From the human T2T-CHM13v2.0 reference genome, Homo sapiens: a stretch of DNA of 64,000 bases. Every line of letters begins with the position of its first letter. Positions within the stretch are counted from its first letter, which is position 1. The notes beneath the pieces are model-generated. The model was not told the origin of the DNA, did no database searches, and saw only the letters and a program-made list of their open reading frames with translations. Below are positions 1-23,640 of the stretch, one piece after another. The stretch lies in NCBI RefSeq assembly GCF_009914755.1, contig NC_060941.1; one strand, written 5' to 3'. The translations under genes and the position numbers were made by a program.

Positions 1-4885
<4,885 letters not shown>

Positions 4886-4904
4886 ATATATATATATATA
4901 ATTT

Positions 4905-5015
4905 GATTGACTGTAACACAGAAGATAAATGCTTGAGAGAATGGATACCCCATTTTCCACAATGTGATTATTACACACCGCATGCCTGTATCAAAACATC
5001 TCAATGTGCCCCATA
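4905..5015 (+). mobile_element. L1 (L1MA/L1PB-type) 3' end fragment
   Basis: tgtaacaca..gataaatgcttgag..ggataccccatt..gcatgcctgtatcaaaacatctc matches the recalled L1 3' UTR end. Confidence 0.7.
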
Positions 5016-5220
5016 TCATTTATTCTTTCTTGTTTTATAACTAATTATAACTAACACTTCAACTGCACTTGCCATGCGATACCTAACGGTATATCTGTCA
5101 TCCTATATTACAAACTGTCTCTAGGTAAGAACATTCTAAGAACCCCACAGCTGGCAAGAAGCCTGCTGCTATCCTGAGAAATCAGCAAAATGTCAATCTG
5201 AACGAACCACATTTAACCTG

Positions 5221-5588
5221 TGATATAATTTGGCTCTGTGTCCCCACCCAAATCTCATCTCGAATTGTACTCCCATAATTCCCATGTGTTGCAGGAGGGA
5301 CCCGGTGGGAGATAATTGAATCATGGGGGCAGTTTCTCCCACACTGTTCTTGGTAGTGAATAACTCTCATGAGATCTAATGGTATTTTAAGGGGAAACCC
5401 CTTTCGCTTGGCTCTCATTCTCTTCTCTTGTCTGCCGCCATGTGAGATGTGCCTTTCACCTGCCATGATTGTGAGGCCTCCCCAGCCACATGGAACTGTA
5501 AGTTCATTAAACCTCTTTCTTTTGTAAATTGCCCAGTTTCAGGTATGTCTTTATCAGCAGTGTGAAAATGGACGAATGCACTAATACA
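5221..5588 (+). mobile_element. THE1-family MaLR solo LTR
   Basis: Starts TGATAT..TTTGGCTCTGTGTCCCCACCCAAATCTCATC and ends ACTAATACA; about 368 bp; ATTAAA at 5506-5511. Confidence 0.88.
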
Positions 5589-5609
5589 ACAGGCTCCCTG
5601 GTCCCCCAC

Positions 5610-5817
5610 CTTCTCGGACTAAGTCCTCTGCAGTGTTGACTCCGTGTTCTATGAGCTTCTGGCAGTCATCTAGTGGTTTAATGGTCTCCTGTTCAATGGT
5701 GTCCACCTCTTGCAAAAGGGTCACCAATCGCTCATCCAGGAGCTTTCCAAGGGTTCCCTTTAAATCATTAAAATGCTGTTTGAGAACATCCCTTGTCTGT
5801 GATGCACTTTCTTTGAT
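5610..5817 (-). CDS. CRLF3: CRLF3 coding exon 2
   Basis: Acceptor ttctttttag|ATC. 208 nt reading IKESASQTRDVLKQHFNDLKGTLGKLLDERLVTLLQEVDTIEQETIKPLDDCQKLIEHGVNTAEDLVRE+G. Donor G|gtgggg. The phase fits exon 1. Intron 1 is about 20.4 kb; later exons are outside the window. Confidence 0.95.
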
Positions 5818-5944
5818 CTAAAAAGAAATAACAAAATACTCAAAATCAGAATCTTTAAAAAAGGCTAATCCAAAGGTATAATTCACATGAATCTAAAAGC
5901 ACTGTATAACCATCTTCTTCAATTTAGTAAAAAAAAGATTAACT

Positions 5945-6425
5945 GAAATTATATTTAAGGTGTGATATTTTGATACACATATACATAGTGAACTGTTAAC
6001 TATAGTTAAGCTAATTAACATGTCCATCTCTTCACATGGTTACCTCTGTGTGTGGTGAGAACACTTATGATCTCTCCTAACACATTCCAAGTATACATTA
6101 CACTATTATTAACTATTGTCCCTATCCTGTACTTGAGCTCTCTAGAATTTACACATATTAAATAACTGAAACTCTGTACCCTTTGACCAACATCTCCCCA
6201 TCCCCAACTCCATCCCTGGCAAGCACCATTCTACTTTCTGCTTCTATGACTTCGACCTTTTTAGATTCTACATATGAGATCGTGCAGTATGTTTATTTCT
6301 GTATCTGGCTTATTTCACTTAGCATAGTGTCCTTCAGGTTCATCCATGCTGTCACAAATGACAGAATTTCCTTCTCTTTTAAGGTTGAATGGCATTCCAT
6401 TGTATATATACATCTTCCATTCATT
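5945..6425 (-). mobile_element. L1M 3' fragment
   Basis: tctggcttatttcacttagcata..ttcatccatgctgtcacaaatgacagaattt is typical antisense L1MA sequence. Confidence 0.78.
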
Positions 6426-6605
6426 GATAAACCAAATGTGATTCATTTGCACAAACAGACAGAAGTACACAGAACTGCCCTTCAAGTCAGATAGAATAAG
6501 CCAAATCTTGGTTTCATCATTCACAAACTATGTCAATTTGGTTAAGTTAATTAAGTATTCTATGCCTCAATTTTCTTATTTGTCAAATGAGCATAATAAT
6601 AGTTA

Positions 6606-6917
<312 letters not shown>

Positions 6918-7203
6918 TCATGGAGTTGCTGTGAGGATAAATTAAAATAATCTAGGTACTACAGTGGGTAAAATAAATGGCACATTGTTATACTCGCTAA
7001 AAAAAGTTATAAATTATTATCTATACAAAGTTGTTCTTGAAAAGTGTACGTTTCAATACTGAAAATTGTTTAATTATGAGGGGATTAAAATTCATTTTAC
7101 TGAAAAGCAGCAAAGAAGTGGTAGATTAAAAAGCTATGGTCAGCTGGGCATGGAGGCTCATGCCTATAATCCCAGCACTTGGGAGGCCGAGGTGGGTGGA
7201 TCA

Positions 7204-7509
<306 letters not shown>

Positions 7510-8064
7510 TCACTTGAGCCCAAGAGTTTGAAACCAGCTTGGATAACATGGAGAAATCCTGTCTTTACAAATAATACAAAAATTAGCCGGGCATGGTGGC
7601 ACATGCCTGTAGTCCCAGCTACTTAGGAGGCTGAGGTGGGAGGATCACCTGAGCCCAGGGGGTCGAGACTGCAGTAAGCTGTGACTGCACCACTGCACTC
7701 TAGCTTGGGTGACAGAGTGAGACCCTGTCTCTAAATAAAAATGAAAAGCCACAATACAAACAAACAAACAAACAAAAAAACTCATGGATAAAATGCCCTC
7801 ATTATGCTAAAAGAAAACCAAAAATTATTTAAAAACCAAAGAGGCCTGTAGGAGGCAGAGCTGGGACAATGACTTAATCCTTTTTGAATTATAGTGCTCT
7901 TTGTCAATCTAAATGAGAGGTTTATAAAGCCTCTTCCTTTCAAAGTTATTGAAAGAGAAGAAAAAGCCTCTTCCCCAAAAAATACATAATCTATACCCTA
8001 AAAAATTATTCAATTGCAGAAGTTTACAAATTCCCTCAGAGCCAAACCATGGCTTGCCTGGAGC

Positions 8065-8275
8065 AGTAATTATGAAACTTCGTTTGCAGAAGAATCATGT
8101 AGGCTACTTGTTATAATTCAGACTGCAGAGTTCCATCCCAGACCTACTGAACCAGAAAATGACAGGAGGGGCTAAAGGAGTGTATGGATGGAGTTCTCAT
8201 TTTTTCCAAGCACACCTGTGATTCTGTAGCCCACAATTTGAGAAACATTGCCCTAAATCTACTGATCTCAGATTA
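8065..8275. mobile_element. MER5-like hAT-Charlie fragment
   Basis: cccagacctactgaaccagaa..ctgtgattctg..tttgagaaacattg. A second MER5A-like copy at about 9875-9950 and 10600-10650 is split by two Alus. Confidence 0.55.
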
Positions 8276-9224
8276 AGAACCCATATTCTAGGGGATATGA
8301 CAGGAAAATCTTCATGTCAAATATATTATGAAGATAAATAGGTTGTTTATACAGACACCAGATTTTTCTTCTTTTATTTCAGAGACAGGGTCTCACTCTG
8401 TTGCACATCCTAGCTCACTGCAGCCTTGAACTCCTGGGCTCAGGTGATCCTCCTGCCTCAGTCTCCTGAGTAGCTGAGCTTATAGGTGCGGGCCACCACA
8501 CTTGGCTAATTTTATTTTTCACTTTTTGTAGAGACGAGATCTTGCTATGTTGCCCAAGCTGGTCTTGAACCAGCTTCAAGCAATCCTCCCACCTTGGCCT
8601 CCCAAAATGCTGAGATTACAGGAGTGATCCACTGCACCTGGTCCAGATTTTTATTTTAAAGACTTCAGATAACAGGCCAGGCATGGTGGCTCATGCCTGT
8701 AATCCCAGCACTTTGGGAGGCCAAGGTGGGAGGATCACCACTGCAACCTGACCTGGGCGACAGAGCAAGGCCCTCTTCTCAAAAAACAATTCAGGTAACA
8801 TATAATTCATTTTCTCTCGCTTAATGGGAAAATTCTAACTATAAGCCACTCCGATAAGTTAAAGCAAAAACATACTTTGCTTTCTAGATATTATTATCTT
8901 AGTTTCATATGACATATTGTTTACCACCATAACCCTTTTGTTAACTTTCTCTTATCAAGAAAGTTTAAAGTATAAGAAAAATCCACCAAGAAAGAACATA
9001 TCAAAATATGAATAAAGGACAATATTTCAACAGTTAATATAGAGATTTAAAAACTTTCTATTTATTCTCTAAATTCTCTCTAAATTTAAAAAGCAGAATA
9101 CAATATTGTTTCCCAGCAATGTTCACGACCATGTAAAAACAAAAAATGCCCATGCCCAAGGACTAAAACAGAAAAAGAGCAGTATCATTTACTGGGTGGG
9201 CAGACCATAGAAACAATTTTCTTT

Positions 9225-9260
<36 letters not shown>

Positions 9261-9261
9261 A

Positions 9262-9366
<105 letters not shown>

Positions 9367-9979
9367 TGAGTAGCTGAGATTACAGGCGCATGCCACCACG
9401 CCTGGCTAATTTTTGTATTTTTAGTAGAGACAAAGTTTCGCCAAGCTGGTCTTGAACTCCTGATCTCCGGTGATCCACCCACCTTAGCCTCCCAAAGTGC
9501 TGGGATAAGGCGTGAGCCACCTCATCCAGCCCTTTTCTCTCCATTTGACATTAACGCAGTTATAATAATATTTATGCAGTTAGTAAAATAATTCTTTAAA
9601 TCACAAAGAGAAATCCTAAATTAATTGTTAACTAATTTCTGTATTTACCAAAGAATTTCTGTGAAATAAATCCAAGTAAAAATTTTAAAAAGAAAGAAAG
9701 GCCATAAACCCAAATTGCACTTGATTCAGCTCACCATTCAACTATGAGATCTTTGCAAACTGGGCCCTCATCTACATAGCATCTGGTAAACAAATGCTGT
9801 TGAGTGAAAACGCAGTTAATCATGTGTGTTTCAAAGAACTTTCTAAAAGAACCAAAGAGAGAATACCTTATGATTTTAACACAACCCCTGGGATACTGTT
9901 AGAAATTCAGAATCTCAGGCCCCACCCAGAACTGCTAAATCAGAACATGAATTTTTTTTCTTTCCTCCTCCTCCCCTAG

Positions 9980-10120
<141 letters not shown>

Positions 10121-10236
10121 TGAGTAGCTGGGATTACAGGCGCATGCCACCATGCCTGGCTAATTTTTGTATTTTTAGTAGAGATGGGGTTTCATCATAT
10201 TGGTCAGGCTGGTCTCGAACTCCTGACCTCAGGTGA

Positions 10237-10482
<246 letters not shown>

Positions 10483-12164
10483 TAGTAGAGACGGGGTTTC
10501 ACCATTTTGGCCAGGCTGGTCGCGAACTCCTGACCTTGTGATCTGCCCGCCTCAGCCTCCCAAGGTGCTGGGATTACAGGCATGAGCCACCGCACCCGGC
10601 CAAATCTGTATTTTTAACAGGACCCTCAGTTGCTTTGTATACATATTACAGATACCAGAATAAGTGAAGACCTTGTGTCAGAACGCTGTAATACATTTCG
10701 AATGGCCAAGAGGAAATTCTGCAGTTGAGCACTGTGCCTCTGAGGTCCTGTCTTGCTCTTTAGCGGATATAGCATACACAGGAAGTGCATTGGTTAGGTA
10801 AAGTCAATTTCCTCTTCAGAAAGAATTCAAAAGCTCCTTCAGCTGTTGCAGAGCCTACGTTTTGTTTTTGTTTCAGAACCTCAGAAAAAAGGAAGTAAGT
10901 GAACACAAAACAGACAGAGGGCTAAAAAAATGAGACTCAATTTCCAAATTCACCTCCTGTACTCTCATTGTAAATTTGGTCCCTTTTGCTCATAGAATCC
11001 CAACCACTGCCATTTGAAACTTGATACCACCATGGGATCATTTTCTTTTCCTTGAAATATTTCATGATTTAAAGCCTAGTCACCTTTAATCCAATCATGT
11101 AACTAATCAAGTTCATTTGCTTGACTTTATGAAACTAATTTAAAAATGCAGCTCCACTGCTGAGTGAATTTCTTCATATTTGATGTGGTACCAATGGTTC
11201 CATGCGTTCACTGTTAACTCAATAAATCTTCACAATGCACTTTCAGAAAGTGAGGACCAAAGAAGAGAAAGAAGACAACTTACCCAAGGCTTCGCAGTGC
11301 CAGAAACAGTCTAACTCCAAAGACTATGCTCTTTCATTACACCATGCTGTTTTGTACTTACAGGACACTTTTTTTTTGAGACAGGTTCTCACTTGGTCGT
11401 CCAGGCTGGAGAGCAGTGGTACAATCACAACTCACTGCGGCCTCGAACTCCTGGGCTCAGGTGATTCTCCCACCTTAGCCTCCCAGGTAGCTGGGACCAC
11501 AGGCATGTGTCACTACACCCAGCTATATTTTGTATTTTTTGTCGAGACGGATTTTCATCATGTGGCCCAGGCTGGTCTCGAACTCCTGGACTCAAGCAAT
11601 CCTCCTGCCTCGGCCTCTCAAAGTGCTGAGATTACAAGTGTGAGCCACCGCGCTCGGCCATAGAACACTATTTTAAAAGAGCTCCCAGATAAATCTGTAA
11701 ATTATGTATTGGCTAAAGACACTTCTTGGTATAACACGTAGTATTTCCTGTCCCTGTGTAAAGAATTGTGTGGTGGACAACCAATCAGCTTCAAATGCTA
11801 CCTAGTCATTCAAGGCAAAAACAACTGTGGTGATTTGTAACAAAATAGATTTAAGAATACAAATGACAGACAAGATTTCAAACAGGAAACTGTAATATAC
11901 ATTGTTTATGTTGATCAATAATATTTTGAAATAATCTGCCACTAAAACCTTTAATGTAACAGACCATTAAAACTTACAAAGTTTTGGCCTGAGCACATTG
12001 GCTCATGCCTGTAATCCCAGCACTTTGGGAGGCCCAGGCAGGTGGATCACAAGATCAGGTGGTCAGGAGTTCGAGACCAGCCTGGCCAACATGGTGAAAC
12101 CCCGTCTCTACTAAAAATGCAAAAATTACCCAAGCGTAGTGGTGCACGCCTGTAGTCCCAGCTA

Positions 12165-12320
<156 letters not shown>

Positions 12321-13374
12321 CTACAGCTGAATATAACCCCAAAGCAACTGTTTTAAAATTTTAACATGATTAAGAGCTCACAAAATGCCAAAAATTCATC
12401 AAGTTTGTATTTCAATACTAAGCCACCCAAAAGCTTAGGGAGTATTTCCTTCACAACCCTCCAAAACAACAGTGACTGATATATTTTCCTCCAGAGTTTA
12501 GTTACTAAAAAGACATATGTAGAGGCCAGGTGCGGTGGCTCATGCCTATAATCCCGGCACTTTTGAAGGACGGATCACTTGTGTCCAGGAGTTCAAGACC
12601 AGCCTGGGCAACATGGCAAAACTCTGTCTCTAGTAAAAAATACAAAAAATCAGCTGTGTGTGGTGGCATGGCTTGTAGTCCCAGCTGCTTGGGAGGCTAA
12701 AGTGACAGGAACACTTGAGCCTGAGAGGTTGAGGCTTCAGTGGGTGGTTTTTGCACCACTGCCCTCCAGCCTGGGTGACAAAGTGAGACCCTGCCTCAAA
12801 AATAACCAAACAAACAAAAAAGAAAACCACATATATAAAACACAAAACTATTTGCTAACAAGAACATACTGATTAAAAACTGGCCAGGTACAGTGGCTTA
12901 CGCCTGTAATCCTAGGATTTTGGGAGGCTGAGGCAGGTGGATTGCCTGAGCTCAGGAGTTTGAGACCAGCCTGGGCAACATGGTGAAACCCTGTCGCTGC
13001 TAAAAACACAAAAATTAGCTGGGTTTGGTGGTGCCTGCCCGTAATCCCAGCTACTCGGAGGCTGAGGCAGGAGAATCATTTGAGCTCAGGAGGTGGAGGT
13101 TGCAGTGAGCCGAGATCACGCCACTGTACTCCAGCCCAGGTGAGAGAGCAATACTCTGTCTCGAACAAACAAACAAACAAAAAACACCACAAAAAAAAAC
13201 AGAAAAACATATTTATCAAAAATAAAAGACAGCCGGGTACAGCGGCTCATGCCTGTAATCCCAGCACTTTGGGAGGCTGAGGCAGTTGAATCACGGAGTC
13301 AGGAGTTCAAGACCAGCCTGGCCAACATGGTGAAACCCCGTCTCTACTAAAAATACAAAAAAATTAGCTGGTCA

Positions 13375-13605
<231 letters not shown>

Positions 13606-13631
13606 TCAGGAGATCGAGACCATCCTGGCTA

Positions 13632-13886
<255 letters not shown>

Positions 13887-14309
13887 CTAATCAACATATT
13901 TTTTCTCAGTTTCTGTGAAATGTATATTACATTAGCTATTTGTCTTTGTACTGACACCAAGACATCAGTCATTAGTAATAATGGAAACAGCAACAATACA
14001 GCAGCAGCTATTATCTACTGAGTACCTGTATGCCAGGTAAATCTGTACCTATGGTCTCATTTAAACTCTACCATAACCCTGTGAAGAGAACCTGTGTAGA
14101 TGAGTAACATGGGAGTCAGAGAGATGAAACTGGCCATATCACAAAGTTAGTGAAGTGGCAGAGATTTTGAATTCAGTCTGACTCAAGAATGGACTTGTAA
14201 GCACTGCTATGTTTCTCCTTGTTTCTCTTACACTTAAGACTTTTTTAGAAAAAAAAGTGCTTAATTGAGAACTTTCAAACAGAAAACGTATATTATATGA
14301 TTTGGTAAT

Positions 14310-14860
14310 CTGTTACAGTAGTGGCCCCCAATGAACCAGGAATTCACATTTCCAACTACTCGTGGCCTTGTGTGGTCCTCTCCCCTAGAATCTGGGCTGG
14401 GCCTGTGACTAGCAATGCAGTCACACGTGCACAGCAATAGAGTGAAACTGATCCTGTGCCAGTTCCAGGCCTCATCCTTCAGAAGACCTGTCAACATCTG
14501 CTTTTTGGAGGCCACCATGAAAGAAGTATGTCTATCTTTCTGGAGAGGACAAGGGGAAAGAGACAGGAAGGTGAAAAGGCAGGAAGGGAGGAAGACAGGG
14601 AGAGAGACTGGCACCAAAGCCCAGGTATGCCAGTGTTCCAACTGAGACTAGCTAATACTAAGTCTCCAAATATAAATGAATGTTCTCTGTCAGACATTCC
14701 AGCCACAACTGCAACCACAAGAGTGTTGCCAAGCAAAACCAGGAGAACTACCTATCTGAGCCCCAGTCAACTTCCAGAATTGTAAGCAAATAAAATGGTT
14801 GCTTTTTAAGTCATTAAGCTTTGGCACAGTTTTATTACGTAGCAGTAAACAAATCATATA
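14310..14860 (+). mobile_element. MLT1-type (G/H-like) MaLR LTR
   Basis: gaatctgggctgggcctgtgact..tgtgccagttccaggcct..ccccagtcaac..aataaaatggttgc..taagtcattaagctttgg. Confidence 0.7.
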
Positions 14861-15315
14861 AAAAAATACACGCTTAGTTCTTGATTATCTATACTAATAG
14901 AGTGCACATCATCAAGACCAAGACAATCGAAAAAAGAATGTCTGCCAAATTACACCCACAACATTCATAAAGGCATTCATTCAACATTTATTGAGGCCTA
15001 GTATGTGTCAGAAATTAGGGTTATAAAGATGAATAAAGCATGGTCTTCACCTCAAAAACTCTCATTCTGGTAAGGGGGATGGCAAGCAAAAGTAACTATA
15101 ATGAAATGAATTATGTTCTTACATATCTGGGGCAGCCACAAACTGCCATCAGAGCATAAAAGAGCATTATGATGGGAAAGAGAGTAGGAGACATTTAAAG
15201 AATAAGTTGTCAGTTGGAGGAGCAGGGGATGTCACCTTGAATAACAATAATATTTAGTATTATTATGGCTGACATTAATTAAGAATCTCCTATGTCCTAG
15301 GCACTGTGCTAAGCG

Positions 15316-15478
15316 TTTTTTTTTTAATAACTATAAGTTTTAGGGTACATGTGCACAACGTGCAGGTTTGTTACATATGTATACATCTGCCATGTTGGTA
15401 TGCTGCCCCTATTAACTCGTCATTTAACATTAGGTATATCTATCTCCTAATGCTATCCCTCCCCCCTCCCCACACCCA
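15316..15478 (-). mobile_element. 5'-truncated L1PA 3' end inserted in a MIR
   Basis: T-tail followed by agttttagggtacatgtgcacaacgtgcaggtttgttacatatg... Target-site duplication (TSD) gtgctaagc(g/a)tttt at 15306 and 15479. Confidence 0.85.
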
Positions 15479-15592
15479 GTGCTAAGCATTTTAAATAAGT
15501 TTCTCATTTTAATTCCCACAATGGCCAGGTAAAGCAGATACTACCCTTATCCTCATTTTACACAGAAGGAAACTGAAGATTAGGAAAATTTA

Positions 15593-16196
<604 letters not shown>

Positions 16197-16255
16197 CTAC
16201 TAAAAATACAAAAAAATTAGCCGAGCGTGGTGGTGGGAGCCTGTAATCCCAGCTA

Positions 16256-16363
<108 letters not shown>

Positions 16364-16819
16364 TCAAAAAAAAAAAAAATAGTTCTCTATCAAAATTATA
16401 TACATTACAATCTACACTAAAACAAAATTGCCGGGCATGGTGGCTCATGCCTGTAATCCCAGCACTTTGGGAGCTCGAGGCAGGTGGATCACCTGAGGTC
16501 GGGAGTTTGAGACCAGCCTGACCAACATGGTGAAACCCCATCTCTACTAAAAATACAAAATTAGCCGGGTGTGGTGGCACATGCTTGTAATGCCAGCTAC
16601 TCGGAAGGCTGAAGGAGGAGAATCACTTGAACCCCCGGGAGGCGGAAGTTGCCGTGAGCCAATATTGCGCCATTGCACTCCAGCCTGGGCAACAAGTGCG
16701 AAACTCCGTCTTTAAAAAACAAAAAAATCTACACACAAAAACATACCTCTATAACATTCACACACATTTTTTTCTTTCTTTTTTCTTTCTTTCTTTTTTT
16801 TTTTTTTTTTTTGAGATGA

Positions 16820-17149
<330 letters not shown>

Positions 17150-17379
17150 TGAAACCCTGACCTCAGGTAATCCACCCAACTTGCCATCCCAAAGTGCTGG
17201 TATTACAGGAGTAAACCACCCTGCCCGACCAGAAAATGGCTAGTTTCTTCTTTTTTTTTTTTTTTTTTTTGAGATGCAGTCCCACTCTGTTGCCCAGGCT
17301 GAAGTGCAGTGGCGCAATCTCGGCTCACTGCAACCTCTAACCCCCAGGTTCAAGTAATTCTCTTGCCTCAGCCTCCTGA

Positions 17380-17541
<162 letters not shown>

Positions 17542-17773
17542 TGAGCCCGGCCAGAATGGCTTGTTTTAATTCTCCTTGACCTCCTTCTATATTTCTGGGG
17601 AGTTTTAAACTCAACCAGCAGCTTTCAGAGTACCATATTTAAAGATGATTTCTGTACATTGGTGTTGTTCAGGAAATAAAAAGTTAAAAAAAAAAAAAAG
17701 ACAATTTGTAGGCCGGGTATGGTGGCTCACACCTGTAATCCCAACACTCTGGGAGGCCAAGGCGGGCAGATCA

Positions 17774-18707
<934 letters not shown>

Positions 18708-18984
18708 TATATGTGTGGCTTTTATTTTTACCCCCCTTATTTGCAATTAGTTTTGCTTCCAGTATTTTGGGGTACCAGAATCAATACATTGCAACCTACC
18801 ACCAACAAATGTTCCTTTAAATATCTACAATAGACTCCACCTCTGTATTAAAAATGAGGCTGTGGGACAGGCACAGTGGCTCACGCTTGTAATCCTAGCA
18901 CTTTTTGAGGCCGAGGTGGGTGGACAGCCTGAGCTCAGGAGTTCAAGACCAGCATGGGCAATATGGTGAAACCTCCTTCTACTA

Positions 18985-19187
<203 letters not shown>

Positions 19188-19508
19188 TTATGATGTTACC
19201 AAAATTCTTATAATGCTAACAAAATGCTTATAATGTTAATAAAAATTAAAAATTGATACAAAGTTGCATATACAGTAGTCTCTCAACTTTGCAGAATAAT
19301 ATGTATAGAAAGATACATCAAAATGTTAACTGCAGGCCAGGCAGGGTGGCTCAAGCCTGTAATCCCAGCACTTTGGGAGGCCGAGGAAGGTGGATCATGA
19401 GGTCAACAGATGGAGACCATCCTGGCCAACGTGGTGAAACCCCATCTCTACTAAAAATACAAAAATTAGCTGGGTGTGGTGGCAGGCGCCTGTAGTCCCA
19501 GCTACTCA

Positions 19509-19637
<129 letters not shown>

Positions 19638-19822
19638 TTAACTGCAGTTGTCTGTAAGTAGTAGGTTATTTTAAAACTATTTCATCTGGGCTGAGTGTGG
19701 TGGCTCATGCCTGTAATCCCAGCACTTTGGGAGGCCGAGATGCGCGGATCACCTGAGGTCAGGAGTTTGAGACCAGCCTTCACCATGGTGAAACCCCGTC
19801 TCTACTAAAAATACAAAAATTA

Positions 19823-19984
<162 letters not shown>

Positions 19985-20112
19985 TCATCTGTTCTTGGTT
20001 TTCCCTGTATCTGGATTTAACCTTTTCTTAGAATACTATAATAGGGACACTTTAAATACTACTACTGTAACAAATTATACACAGATTTTTGTAGTGTTTT
20101 CAAAATGGGTAA

Positions 20113-20490
<378 letters not shown>

Positions 20491-20546
20491 TGAGACTTCC
20501 TGTCTTGGTTTTTTGAAATAACTTTTGAGTGTTTTTTTTTTTTTGA

Positions 20547-20762
<216 letters not shown>

Positions 20763-21166
20763 TGATCCACCCGCCTCGGCCTCCCAAAGTGCTGGGATTA
20801 CAGGCGTGAGCCACTGAGCCCAGCCACCAACTAGTATCTTAATTAGGTACCAGGATCTTACCATTTGCTCTTGAAGGAGCAGAGACTTGCTTTTGTCAGT
20901 GTCCTGAGAAATACTGAATCAGAATACCAAAAGGTACATGAAAGCCAACATAGTCATTTTATAGAGTGAACTACAACACACAGACTAAAATACTGGCATT
21001 TCTCACTGTAGACACCTCCAGTACCTCAACTAATTCCCCTTTGATAATGTACCAAGATGAAGTTTTTGGACTTACAAAGATTAAAGACCAGGCCCTGACT
21101 TTGGCATTGTCATCAAGGTGGTGCCACTCTGTGAGGCCTGAGTGGCCAGCTGACATCACTACGTGA

Positions 21167-21480
<314 letters not shown>

Positions 21481-22607
21481 TAAAAATGAATACACAAATA
21501 GAACTTATATTTTTCTTACTTGTTTTGTTTTTAGGGGTAGTAACCTAAGTATCAGCCACCAAAGGAAAGAGGAAAGCATAAATCCATGAGGGCAGTGATC
21601 TATTTCCTTGAACACAGAATCTAGGACCTAGAAGTTTCTCAGCCCTACAGTAGGCACCCAATAAATATTTATTGAGTGAATGAACAAATGAATATTTAAG
21701 GACAGTGGGAGTTAATTTCTTTGGTATTTACATCTTAGTACCAAGGATTCCAGTGAGCTATAGAGAACTATTCTTAATGATTTCAACATCAGCTAGGCCA
21801 AGTTGGCTGTAAACATTATCTGATTTCCTGAAGACAATGAACAGCTTTCTAGCCTTTAACTTATTCAAACATTAAGAGTTAACAGACAATCCTTGCATTC
21901 CTACACAGAACTTCCTTTTCTCTGAAAACAGAGGGTAGAGCCCAAACTTAACCACAAGAGGAGAAACTGCTACATGTTGGCAGTTTTGACAGAATAACTT
22001 AAAAACATTTTTATTCTTCTTCCTTCTAAATGTTCATACAACATGATTTCTCAATACGAGACAAATTTCATGCTAGAGTTTAAAGGATAAGAAACTAAAG
22101 CAAAGACAAAAGGTAGGCCAGATGCAGTGGCTCACACCTGTAATACCAGTACTTTGGGAGGCCGAGGCAAGAGGATTGCTTGAGCTCAGGAGTTAGAAAT
22201 CGGCCTGGCAGCTGGGCACGGTGGCTCACCCAGGCACGGTGGTAATCCCAGCATTTTGGGAGGCTGAGGTGGGCAGGATCACCTGAGGTGAGGACTTCGA
22301 GGCCAGCCTGGCCAACATGGTGAAACCCTGTCTCTAGTAAAAATACAAAAAGTAGATGGGCATGGTGGCAGACGCCTGTAATCCTGGCTATTCGGGAGGC
22401 TGAGGCAGGAGAATCTCTTGAACCCAAGAGGCGGAGGTTGCAGTGAGCCTAAGGTTGCAGTGAGCTGAAGGTTGCAATGAGCCAAGATTGTGCCACTTCA
22501 CTCCAGCCTGGGCAAAAGAGCGAGACTCTCTCAAAAAAAAAAAAAAAAAAAAAGGAAGAAACTGTCTGGGAAACACAGGAAGACATCATCTCTACTAAAA
22601 AAAATTA

Positions 22608-22793
<186 letters not shown>

Positions 22794-22810
22794 TCAAGCC
22801 TGTAATCCTA

Positions 22811-23640
<830 letters not shown>

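Noticed and set aside
14261-14785. Four overlapping ORFs of 76-126 aa
   Set aside because: They lie within an MLT1 LTR and show no protein homology.
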